A stretch of DNA of 64,000 nt from Eledone cirrhosa (lineage: Eukaryota), in contig OZ024742.1 in assembly GCA_964016885.1 (NCBI GenBank), forward strand, positions 109,802,001-109,866,000, written 5' to 3'. Both the position numbers and the translations under genes were made by a program. A model generated the notes under the pieces. The model was given only the letters and a program-made list of their open reading frames with translations, did not search any database and had not been told where the DNA came from. Below are positions 52,373 through 64,000 of this stretch, one piece after another (within the stretch, counting starts at the first letter, position 1; the number at the start of each line of letters is the position of its first letter).

Positions 52373-54758
52373 TAAGAGAGGGGTAGAAGGGGGCTAATGT
52401 TGGACCGCCGTCGATCCCGCCGATAAGTGTTCTAGTTGTTCCAACTGAACAGCCTACTTGTGAAATTAACGTAGACGTGGTTGGGCACTGCACAGACACG
52501 TGTACCCATAACATAATACTCAGGATATATTATGTTAAGGGAAATGGAATTCAGCGCGACACGGAGTGTAACAAGGCTAGTCCTTTGAATTACATGTACA
52601 ACTCATTTTCTCCAGCTGAGTGGACTGGAACAGCATGAAATAAAATGTCTTGTTCAAGGACACAACGACCGTGAGCTAAACACCTTGATCACCACATGCC
52701 TTTTCACGGAGGTGAAGTATAGTATATTGTATAAATTCTAAAGAAGTCTCGGCTGTTGTATTGCTCATCCCGCTGGAACCATTTGTAGGTGTTACTGATT
52801 TAGCAAGGCCATACATAGTTGGCTGGAACCAGTCATATAGTAATAGAGAATAATACATATAAATATTACATTAATAGTGTGAGTGAGTGTGTGCGATGTG
52901 TGGCTGTGTATGTGAGTGTGTGTGGCCGCGTGGTGTATAGCTTCTCGCTCGCGTGCCTGTGTGTATGTGTGTGTGGCTGAGTTTTTAGAACAAAAGAGAT
53001 ATTTCCACATTCTTCTATATTATCTTTACTACTGAATAATTCCAGCACCCAAAACATGTGGGAGCCAGTATATATATAACCATATATCCTGAACAGTTGC
53101 TACCACTATGGAAATAGCTGGTAATTCAAGGAGACCAGAAGATCGAGATCAAAGTCATCTACTTGTGCTTGTTTTAACATCCCTCCACCTCCCTTTTAAC
53201 AACGTCCTGTACCACCTGTAACCACATTAGCAAGACATGTAAAAAAAAAATAGGTTTATGACTGCATAACATTAAAACTTAATGTCTTTAGTCTACTACC
53301 ATGAATTTTCACTGATCTGTAATACTATAAATATTTGAATTAACAAACTTGTCTTTAGTCCAGTCTTGTCACATATTGTGCCATGCTGATTTTGATTGAG
53401 AATTATGTTAAGGGTACGCGTGTCTGCTGGACCGTGTCGGATTTACCATTGTGCTTAGGTGTTGGCCAGGGGATTCCATCTTCTTGCCAAAAAAAAATTT
53501 TACGATGAATTATTTGAAATGTTTGGAGCCTCGTAACTTAACTAGCTCAGGGCCTCATTTGTCCTAAATCCAACAATGCTGATGGATACTCAAGCACTCA
53601 CGCGTTGATTTAACGAGAAGGACATTCAGTTTCTCTCGGGTCCCAAATAATAAGGCGGGGGGGGGGGGGGGGATAAGCGGGGAATTGGTAATTTTTCTAA
53701 GTTGTCTCCGTTGATTTTAAAAAACAACAGAATTAGTCGTTTAGTTTACATATTGAGACCCCAATCTATCCTATTTTATAACGTATGGGATTTCTAGTAA
53801 TGTATTATCTACTTATTTTATTATGTATAATGTTTTTTAATGTATCATATAATTAAATGTCGCAGGAATACTACCAATTAAAATAAAATTTCGCCGGGGA
53901 TAGATTAGCAAAATTTCATAAGCAGCGGATGGGGGTGTCAATTATTTGAAACCTGAGAGTAATTGAACAACCGAATGCTCATAGTTGAAACCAACGGTGT
54001 ATTCGCGATATGCAGGGACTGTGTCTGGGTATTTAGTACCTTAGGCTAGCTATGCAATGAGTGCTCCCCCTGTTTGTTCCAGTTATGTGACTCCTTCTGA
54101 ATAAAATAAGTTGAACTTATATTTGGTAAGCTGATTAACCTAGTTTTTGACACTTCTTGCTCTGACCACACTAAGAACATTACTAATGCTGCATTTTCCA
54201 CTAAACAGTCTATACTCATCCATGCCTGACAAATTATACCATACGAACCTTTCCATCGCTTTTGCATATTTCCACAATGCAGCTACATAGCAAAGATTGT
54301 TAGCAATTTATTTATTAATAGCAGGAGATTATTACACATTTAAGTTAATTATACGAAATTGTATAAAACAGTGATCCTTTAAGTTTCAGCAATACGCCCC
54401 TCTGAGGTTTGCATTCATGTCGGTTGCCAAGTTCACCTTAATTGTAGCGCCGGCCTTGATCATATGTAATATATATATATATCTGTATACCGTTTATCTT
54501 TCACCGAAAGTGATTTTTCATTACATCTCTTCTTTCCATGATATCCGGAATACATTGAGTTCTTCATACGGATTGGACACTACCGTAAACTCTTGGTAGA
54601 TTTATCTACATATATATATATATATATATGCAAAGTTTTATTTAAATTGTTGGGTTACAACGAGTAAATATTTATAACTGATATAAAAGCACTCAACAAG
54701 TATTTGGAGTATATTTACGATATTAAATAAATGGAAACTATATTTATAAAACCATATT

Positions 54759-54824
54759 TATTTTATTATATATATTTCAGGGATATCATATTAAAAATAT
54801 GGTATGCCTTCTTCAGACAAAATA
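54759..54824 (-). ncRNA. Minimal type I hammerhead ribozyme (left arm)
   Basis: UAUUUUGU-CUGAAGA-AGGcAUAcCAUAU(uuuua)AUAUGaUAUcCCU-GAAA-UAUAUA-UA^-AUAAAAUA; intact core, 8-bp stem I. Confidence 0.7.
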
Positions 54825-55072
54825 CAATATAAACAGTCTTATAAATAGATAGATTTGACATACCTTAAACTTCCATTTAAAAAGTTGATTTGGTAGTGAA
54901 AAATGTTAGGGACAGTTATAAAAAGAAAGAAAGAAAAAAACGAAGAAAAAGAAGAAATGCATGCAACTAAATAGAGAGAGATAGATATAGAGAGATAGAT
55001 AGAGAGAAGAAATTCATGTAAAGAAACAGAGAGAGATAGATAGAGAGAGAAAAAACACAGAGGGAGATAGAT

Positions 55073-55106
<34 letters not shown>

Positions 55107-55733
55107 AAAAATAGAGAGAGATAGATATAGATAGAGATAGAGAGAAAGAAAATAGGTAGTTGGGCAACAGTTGAATGACGTATCAATGATATATTTATTT
55201 ATTTATTTAGTTCTAGTATTAAGGTAGAGAGAGATATATGTGGTTAGGAGAGAAAACAGCCGTTACATAGAGAGAAAAGAAAAATATCCAGACATAAACG
55301 AGGCAGATTTAAAACATTATGTTTCATCAATGTAAAAATATCAATTCGTATGAATTAGGTATTATAATGTAAATATCAGTATTCATGAATGAGACACGTA
55401 TCAATAATGTGTGAAAAATAATGATCATATGTCTAGTTTAACGTGTCTCATTCATGAATACTGATATTTACATTATAATACCTAATTCATACGAATTGAT
55501 ATTTTTACATTGATGAAACATAATGTTTTAAATCTGCCTCGTTTATGTCTGGATATTTTTCTTTTCTCTCTATGTAACGGCTGTTTTCTCTCCTAACCGC
55601 ATATATCTCTCTCTACCTTAATACTAGAACTAAATAAATAAATAAATATATCATTGATACGTCATTCAACTGTTGCCCAACTACCTATTTTCTTTCTCTC
55701 TATCTCTATCTATATCTATCTCTCTCTATTTTT

Positions 55734-55767
<34 letters not shown>

Positions 55768-56016
55768 ATCTATCTCCCTCTGTGTTTTTTCTCTCTCTAT
55801 CTATCTCTCTCTGTTTCTTTACATGAATTTCTTCTCTCTATCTATCTCTCTATATCTATCTCTCTCTATTTAGTTGCATGCATTTCTTCTTTTTCTTCGT
55901 TTTTTTTCTTTCTTTCTTTTTATAACTGTCCCTAACATTTTTCACTACCAAATCAACTTTTTAAATGGAAGTTTAAGGTATGTCAAATCTATCTATTTAT
56001 AAGACTGTTTATATTG

Positions 56017-56082
56017 TATTTTGTCTGAAGAAGGCATACCATATTTTTAATATGATATCCCTGAAATATATATAATGAAATA
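56017..56082 (+). ncRNA. Minimal type I hammerhead ribozyme (right arm); predicted cut after 56074
   Basis: CUGAAGA at 56025-56031, stem II 56032-56062, GAAA 56063-56066, palindromic stem III, stem I tattttgt/atgaaata. Confidence 0.7.
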
Positions 56083-56123
56083 AATATGGTTTTATAAATA
56101 TAGTTTCCATTTATTTAATATCG

Positions 56124-56154
<31 letters not shown>

Positions 56155-56180
56155 AAGTTTCTCTCTACATGGCAGAATAC

Positions 56181-56704
56181 AATAAATGTAATCTGAGTTT
56201 TTCGAATATTAATAATAACATTCGATTCGTCTGCAATTATGCAAACAAGCCTCAATTTTACAGCCATGTCAGTAGAATGAACACTTCATTCTTGTTCTTG
56301 TGTTGGTGTGTGAACAGAACTGCAGACATTAATGTTTCTGGGTATCACCCTTCATCAGTACAGCTCACTGTTCACCTGCCAAACTGTCAGAGTTAGTGTT
56401 CATTCTACTGACATGGCTATAAAATTGAGGCTTGTTTGCATAATTGCAAATGAATCGAATGTTATTATTAATATTCGAAAAGGGCGGTGAATTGGCAGTA
56501 TCGGTAGAGGGTCGGACGCCATGCTTTGACGCATAGAGTTACGGCCCTTGCCATTCTGAGTTCAAATCCCGTCGAGGTTAACTTTGCCTTTCATCCTTAC
56601 GGGGTCGATAAAATAAAGTACCAGTAATGCACTGGGTAATTGCTGACCTTGTGCCAAAAGTAGAAACAATTATTAATATTCGAAAAACTCAGAATATATT
56701 TATT
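56181..56704. mobile_element. MITE with ~105-bp TIRs; right TIR split by a SINE
   Basis: 56181-56285 is the reverse complement of 56395-56481 plus 56687-56704. Confidence 0.8.
56482..56668 (+). mobile_element. Full-length Nin/Deu-core SINE with 18-bp TSD
   Basis: attattaatattcgaaaa at 56464-56481 and 56669-56686. Confidence 0.9.
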
Positions 56705-57694
56705 ATATATATATATATATGCCACGCCTTGAACTTACATTCAAATGAAAGGGTCCTACGGATCCTACTGGTTCTGTTATTCCATAGCCTGCTTCTATTA
56801 ATAATACAGGGAAACTACATGGATTGACGTGAGTGAAGTACTCTATAAACAGTTGGTGAATTAAGCGAGCTGATAGGATATCGAAGTTGGGCTATAATAA
56901 TTAAACAAGTGTACTTAATATCATTTCAGTCAGATCATCTACCAAGAAACAAAGCCCCGAGCCAAGGAGGAGAGCCTTTATATCAGGGTGTCTTAATTAT
57001 TTTAGATGATAGACGCTCTTGCTTTATGATATAATTTAATTTCTATTAAGCCCCTCCCGCCACCCCAAAACAAATTCTATAATATAAGATAATGTTAAAA
57101 TACAAAACATAACTAATTTACCGGGATTTGACCGACCCTCTTCCTTTTCGTGCCGGTGTTCGCCGAGAACTATGAGGTCTTCGGTCACCGAACTGCCCTT
57201 TTCCTCCGCAAAATCACGCTCGAGGGAAAGAGTCCCGTGAGACAAAGTGGCTGATGCAGCGAGTGTCGTGGGCTGTTCTCCGTTGCCTTCACCATTGAAG
57301 GGGGCACAACAGAGATATAGACTGGGGTGTAAAGTCTGCCGCTCCCCCCCTCTTTCTTTGAATTTAGCTACTTGATGTTATTTATTATTCTCTTTCCTTT
57401 TGATTTTTTTAATATGCAAACGTTGATGAAATGTAAATTACATAAATGTTCTGTATATATTTACTAGATAAAGAACTATTTACAGAGATAATGTACAGAT
57501 AACTGTAGAAATAAATATATACATCTTAAGCTTATAGTCTACAAATGAATCTGTTTACAAGTGTCAATTTACACGAGAAAAGAATCAGTAAACTATAAAT
57601 GCTAAGTATTTTTTTAATGGGAAGGATGGGTTTACTGGGCACGAAGAAAATTATGACACATAACTAGTGGCCATCACACCCAATCAGAGATTCT

Positions 57695-60600
57695 GTTTGG
57701 TGTTCGATATCGAACAGCTAGACTACATAATCCACCTTTCTGCTTTGTTTACGATATCTGGCAGCTAGACCACATGATCCATCATTCAGCGTTGTATACA
57801 ATATCTGGCAGCTAGTCTACATGATCCAGCATTCTACTTGGTGTACGATATGTGGCAGCTAGACTACATGATCTATCATTCAGCTTGACATACGATATCT
57901 AGCAGCTAGACTAGATAATCGACCATTCAGCTTGATATATCTATCAGTTAGTCTATATGACCCACCATTCTGGTAGCTAGTGTGCATGATCTACCATTCT
58001 GCTTGCTATACGATATATGGCAGTTAGACTACACTATCCACCATTCTGCTTGGTATACGATATCTGACAGTTAGACTACATGGTCCATCATTCAGCTTGG
58101 TGTATAATATCTGGCAGCTGGCGTACATGATCCATCATTCAGCTTGGCTTACGATATCTGGCAGCTAGACTACGTGATCAACCATTCTGCTTGGTATACG
58201 ATATCTGGCAGCTAGACTATATGATCCATCATTCTGCTTGGTGTATGATATCTGACAGCTAAACTATATGATTCATCATTCTGTTTGGTGTATGATATCT
58301 GGCAGCTAAACTATATGATCCATCATTCTGCTTGGTGTATGATATCTGGCAGCTAGACTATATGATCCATCATTCTGTTTGGTGTATGATATCTGGCAGC
58401 TAAACTATATGATCCATCATTCTGCTTGGTGTATGATCTCTGGCAGCTAAACTATATGATCCATCATTCTGCTTGGTCTATGATCTCTGGCAGCTAGACT
58501 ACATGATCCATCATTCTGCTTGGTGTATGATCTCTGACAGCTAAACTATATGATCCATCATTCTGTTTGGTGTATGATATCTGGCAGCTAGACTATATGA
58601 TCCATCATTCTGCTTGGTATACGATATCTGGCAGCTAAACTATATGATCCATCATTCTGCTTGGTGTATGATCTCTGGCAGCTAAACTATATGATCCATC
58701 ATTCTGCTTGGTGTATGATATCTGACAGCTAAACTATATGATCCATCATTCTGCTTGGTGTATGATATCTGACAGCTAAACTATATGATCCATCATTCTG
58801 CTTGGTATACGATCTCTGGCAGCTAAACTATATGATCCATCATTCTGCTTGGTGTATGATATCTGACAGCTAAACTATATGATCCATCATTCTGCTTGGT
58901 GTATGATATCTGACAGCTAAACTATATGATCCATCATTCTGCTTGGTGTATGATATCTGACAGCTAAACTATATGATCCATCATTCTGCTTGGTGTATGA
59001 TATCTGACAGCTAAACTATATGATCCATCATTCTGCTTGGTGTATGATATCTGACAGCTAAACTATATGATCCATCATTCTGCTTGGTGTATGATATCTG
59101 ACAGCTAAACTATATGATCCATCATTCTGCTTGGTATACGATCTCTGGCAGCTAAACTATATGATCCATCATTCTGCTTGGTGTATGATATCTGACAGCT
59201 AAACTATATGATCCATCATTCTGCTTGGTGTATGATATCTGACAGCTAAACTATATGATCCATCATTCTTCTTGGTGTATGATATCTGACAGCTAAACTA
59301 TATGATCCATCATTCTGCTTGGTGTATGATATCTGGCAGCTAAATTATATGATCCATCATTCTGCTTGGTGTATGATATCTGGCAGCTAAACTATATGAT
59401 CCATCATTCTGCTTGGTGTATGATCTCTGGCAGCTAAACTATATGATCCATCATTCTGTTTGGTGTATGATATCTGGTAGCTAAACTATATGATCCATCA
59501 TTCTGCTTGGTGTATGATATCTGGCAGCTAAACTATATGATCCATCATTCTGCTTGGTGTATGATATCTGGCAGCTAAACTATATGATCCATCATTCTGC
59601 TTGGTGTATGATCTCTGGCAGCTAAACTATATGATCCATCATTCTGTTTGGTGTATGATATCTGGCAGCTAAACTATATGATCCATCATTCTGCTTGGTG
59701 TATGATATCTGGCAGCTAAACTATATGATCCATCATTCTGCTTGGTGTATGATCTCTGGCAGCTAAACTATATGATCCATCATTCTGCTTGGTGTATGAT
59801 ATCTAGCAGCTAAACTATATGATCCATCATTCTGCTTGGTGTATGATATCTGACAGCTAAACTATATGATCCATCATTCTGCTTGGTGTATAATCTCTGG
59901 CAGCTAAACTATATGATCCATCATTCTGCTTGGTGTATGATATCTGGCAGCTAAACTATATGATCCATCATTCTGCTTGGTGTATGATCTCTGACAGCTA
60001 AAATATATGATCCATCATTCTGCTTGGTGTATGATCTCTGGCAGCTAAACTATATGATCCATCATTCTGCTTGGTGTATGATATCTGGCAGCTAAACTAT
60101 ATGATCCATCATTCTGCTTGGTGTATGATATCTGGCAGCTAAACTATATGATCCATCATTCTGTTTGGTGTATGATCTCTGACAGCTAAACTATATGATC
60201 CATCATTCTGCTTGGTGTATGATCTCTGACAGCTAAACTATATGATCCATCATTCTGCTTGGTGTATGATCTCTGACAGCTAAACTATATGATCCATCAT
60301 TCTGCTTGGTGTATGATATCTGGCAGCTAGACTACATGATCCATCATTCTGCTTGGTGTATGATATCTGGCAGCTAAACTATATGATCCATCATTCTGCT
60401 TGGTGTATGATCTCTGGCAGCTAAACTATATGATCCATCATTCTGCTTGGTGTATGATCTCTGACAGCTAAACTATATGATCCATCATTCTGCTTGGTGT
60501 ATGATCTCTGACAGCTAAACTATATGATCCATCATTCTGCTTGGTGTATGATATCTGGCAGCTAGACTATATGATCCATCATTCTGCTTGGTGTATGATA

Positions 60601-63118
60601 TCTGACAGCTAAACTATATGATCCATCATTCTGCTTGGTGTATGATCTCTGACAGCTAAACTATATGATCCATCATTCTGCTTGGTGTATGATATCTGAC
60701 AGCTAGACTATATGATCCATCATTCTGTTTGGTGTATGATATCTGGCAGCTAAACTATATGATCCATCATTCTGTTTGGTGTATGATATCTGACAGCTAA
60801 ACTATATGATCCATCATTCTGCTTGGTGTATGATATCTGACAGCTAAACTATATGATCCATCATTCTGCTTGGTGTATGATCTCTGACAGCTAAACTATA
60901 TGATCCATCATTCTGCTTGGTATACGATATCTGGCAGCTAAACTATATGATCCATCATTCTGCTTGGTGTATGATATCTGACAGCTAAACTATATGATCC
61001 ATCATTATGTTTGGTGTATGATATCTGACAGCTAGACTATATGATCCATCATTCTGCTTGGTGTATGATATCTGACAGCTAAACTATATGATCCATCATT
61101 CTGCTTGGTGTATGATCTCTGACAGCTAAACTATATGATCCATCATTCTGCTTGGTGTATGATATCTGACAGCTAAACTATATGATCCATCATTCTGCTT
61201 GGTGTATGATATCTGGCAGCTAAACTATATGATCCATCATTCTGTTTGGTGTATGATATCTGACAGCTAAACTATATGATCCATCATTCTGCTTGGTGTA
61301 TGATATCTGACAGCTAAACTATATGATCCATCATTCTGCTTGGTGTATGATATCTGGCAGCTAAACTATATGATCCATCATTCTGTTTGGTGTATGATAT
61401 CTGACAGCTAAACTATATGATCCATCATTCTGCTTGGTGTATGATCTCTGACAGCTAAACTATATAATCCATCATTCTGCTTGGTATACGATATCTGGCA
61501 GCTAGACTATATGATCCATCATTCTGTTTGGTGTATGATCTCTGACAGCTAAACTATATGATCCATCATTCTGCTTGGTGTATGATATCTGGCAGCTAAA
61601 CTATATGATCCATCATTCTGCTTGGTGTATGATATCTGGTAGCTAAACTATATGATCCATCATTCTGCTTGGTGTATGATCTCTGACAGCTAAACTATAT
61701 GATCCATCATTCTGCTTGGTGTATGATATCTGGCAGCTAGACTACATGATCCATCATTCTGCTTGGTGTATGATATCTGGCAGCTAAACTATATGATCCA
61801 TCATTCTGCTTGGTGTATGATCTCTGGCAGCTAAACTATATGATCCATCATTCTGCTTGGTGTATGATCTCTGACAGCTAAACTATATGATCCATCATTC
61901 TGCTTGGTGTATGATCTCTGACAGCTAAACTATATGATCCATCATTCTGCTTGGTGTATGATATCTGGCAGCTAAACTATATGATCCATCATTCTGCTTG
62001 GTGTATGATATCTGGCAGCTAGACTATATGATCCATCATTCTGCTTGGTGTATGATATCTGACAGCTAAACTATATGATCCATCATTCTGCTTGGTGTAT
62101 GATCTCTGACAGCTAAACTATATGATCCATCATTCTGCTTGGTGTATGATATCTGACAGCTAGACTATATGATCCATCATTCTGTTTGGTGTATGATATC
62201 TGGCAGCTAAACTATATGATCCATCATTCTGTTTGGTGTATGATATCTGACAGCTAAACTATATGATCCATCATTCTGCTTGGTGTATGATATCTGACAG
62301 CTAAACTATATGATCCATCATTCTGCTTGGTGTATGATCTCTGACAGCTAAACTATATGATCCATCATTCTGCTTGGTATACGATATCTGGCAGCTAAAC
62401 TATATGATCCATCATTCTGCTTGGTGTATGATATCTGACAGCTAAACTATATGATCCATCATTCTGCTTGGTGTATGATCTCTGACAGCTAAACTATATG
62501 ATCCATCATTCTGCTTGGTGTATGATATCTGGCAGCTAAACTATATGATCCATCATTCTGCTTGGTGTATGATATCTGGTAGCTAAACTATATGATCCAT
62601 AATTCTGCTTGGTGTATGATATCTGGTAGCTAAACTATATGATCCATCATTCTGCTTGGTGTATGATATCTGGTAGCTAAACTATATGATCCATCATTCT
62701 GTTTGGTGTATGATATCTGGTAGCTAAACTATATGATCCATCATTCTGCTTGGTGTATGATATCTGGCAGCTAAACTATATGATCCATCATTCTGCTTGG
62801 TGTATGATCTTTGACAGCTAAACTATATGATCCATCATTCTGCTTGGTGTATGATATCTGGCAGCTAAACTATATGATCCATCATTCTGCTTGGTGTATG
62901 ATCTCTGACAGCTAAACTATATGATCCATCATTCTGCTTGGTGTATGATCTCTGGCAGCTAAACTATATGATCCATCATTCTGCTTGGTGTATGATATCT
63001 GACAGCTAAACTATATGATCCATCATTCTGCTTGGTGTATGATCTCTGGCAGCTAAACTATATGATCCATCATTCTGCTTGGTGTATGATCTCTGACAGC
63101 TAGACTACATGATCCATC
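57695..63118 (+). repeat. 47-bp tandem satellite, ~115 units
   Basis: Unit tgatccatcattctgcttggtgtatgatatctg(g/a)cagctaaactata; period 47 counted directly (58921 to 58968). Confidence 0.97.
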
Positions 63119-63702
63119 GTTTTTTCTTCTCTCGTTATAAAGAGATTAATAAATGCAAACGTGTAAATTCACTACTTGTGAGGACACCACACCTATGTTT
63201 TTATTCGCCCAAGGGGTTTATATGGACTACTTTGAGAAGCTCTGCTCTTGTGACACTCATCATTGGAACCGACGAAGGTCCAACACACGCACGCGCGAAC
63301 ATATACACATACAACACACGCATATACACATATTTACAGCTGTTGTTTAAAAATGTAGCTACGTTCTGTGTAGATCTCGGCTTTGAAACACTATATAATA
63401 CAATGAAGCTGTTATTATATCACAGCGAGTCATGCAACTGTTTTGTGGTCACAGGGGACAAAATGGTGAATACGTTTGGTGAGTTATTTTTAGAAATATT
63501 AAAAGGCTGACCACTAATTATTGAAAGAATGTATAGAAATTATGTCCGGACTGATTTGTGTAGAGGAGTTGGGAAGAAGGATATAGGGGCTGAGAGGAAA
63601 GGCAGAGGGGTTGGGAGGAAGGGTATAGAGGTTGGGTGAAAGGGTAGAGGGGTTGGAAGGAGGGGTAGAGGGAGAGAGAGTGAAGATTATAGATAGTGTG
63701 CA

Positions 63703-63740
<38 letters not shown>

Positions 63741-64000
63741 CTATATGTGACGAAGTAGGGTGAGGGGAAACAAAGAGAGAAGGTGATTAAACTTTGTGGG
63801 TTGAGATGAAAAATGTGTGAAAACCATAATTTGAAGTCAATAATGGTGAGAGCAAGCATCTTGGTGGTTAGGGTGTTTGGCTCACGATGGTAAGTTCGAT
63901 TCCTGGAGCAGGAATAGAACAGGCGCGTTGTGTCTTGGACCAAGACACGTTGTTTCACGTTGTTCAAGTCCACTCAACTGAAACAAATGAGCTGTGACCA

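Larger units (their letters stand above)
54716..56125. repeat. ~685-bp near-perfect inverted repeat with 41-nt spacer (Penelope-like foldback)
   Basis: Arms 54716-55399 and 55441-56125 are reverse complements with only a few differences; (TA)n tracts at ~54610-54629 and from 56124. Confidence 0.95.

Noticed and set aside
54839-55935. Mirror-image hydrophobic ORFs (MIRHSTVAQLP...)
   Set aside because: Arise from CT-rich low-complexity sequence in the two palindrome arms
57695-63118. Regular array superficially like a CRISPR
   Set aside because: No unique spacers, no cas genes, eukaryotic context; it is a simple tandem satellite
63255-63285. ccgacgaaggtcc, possible hammerhead remnant
   Set aside because: Core is degenerate and no GAAA or stem III follows

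Overview
AT-rich, repeat-dense animal genomic DNA. The tRNA-derived SINE families and microsatellite load suggest a coleoid cephalopod, probably Octopus (inference). Three spliced genes can be reconstructed by hand. (1) The first coding exon of a PINK1-like gene on the minus strand (1099-1479), continuing off the left edge. (2) A complete 10-coding-exon ZMYND15-like gene on the plus strand (4222-16815, 506 aa), head-to-head with PINK1. (3) A complete 3-exon GRHPR-like 2-hydroxyacid dehydrogenase on the minus strand (44675-22234, 324 aa) with a ~20 kb first intron. The rest is transposon debris and tandem repeats: Nin/Deu-core and CORE-like SINEs, RTE and CRE-clade LINE fragments, hAT/Tigger/piggyBac-type MITEs, minisatellites and a 5.4 kb 47-bp satellite with higher-order structure. 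The most notable observation is a ~1.4 kb near-perfect palindrome (54716-56125) whose two arms each carry a minimal type I hammerhead ribozyme with an intact core. Several more degenerate Penelope-type hammerhead motifs and small inverted duplications occur elsewhere. All calls come from reading the sequence; no searches or folding programs were run.
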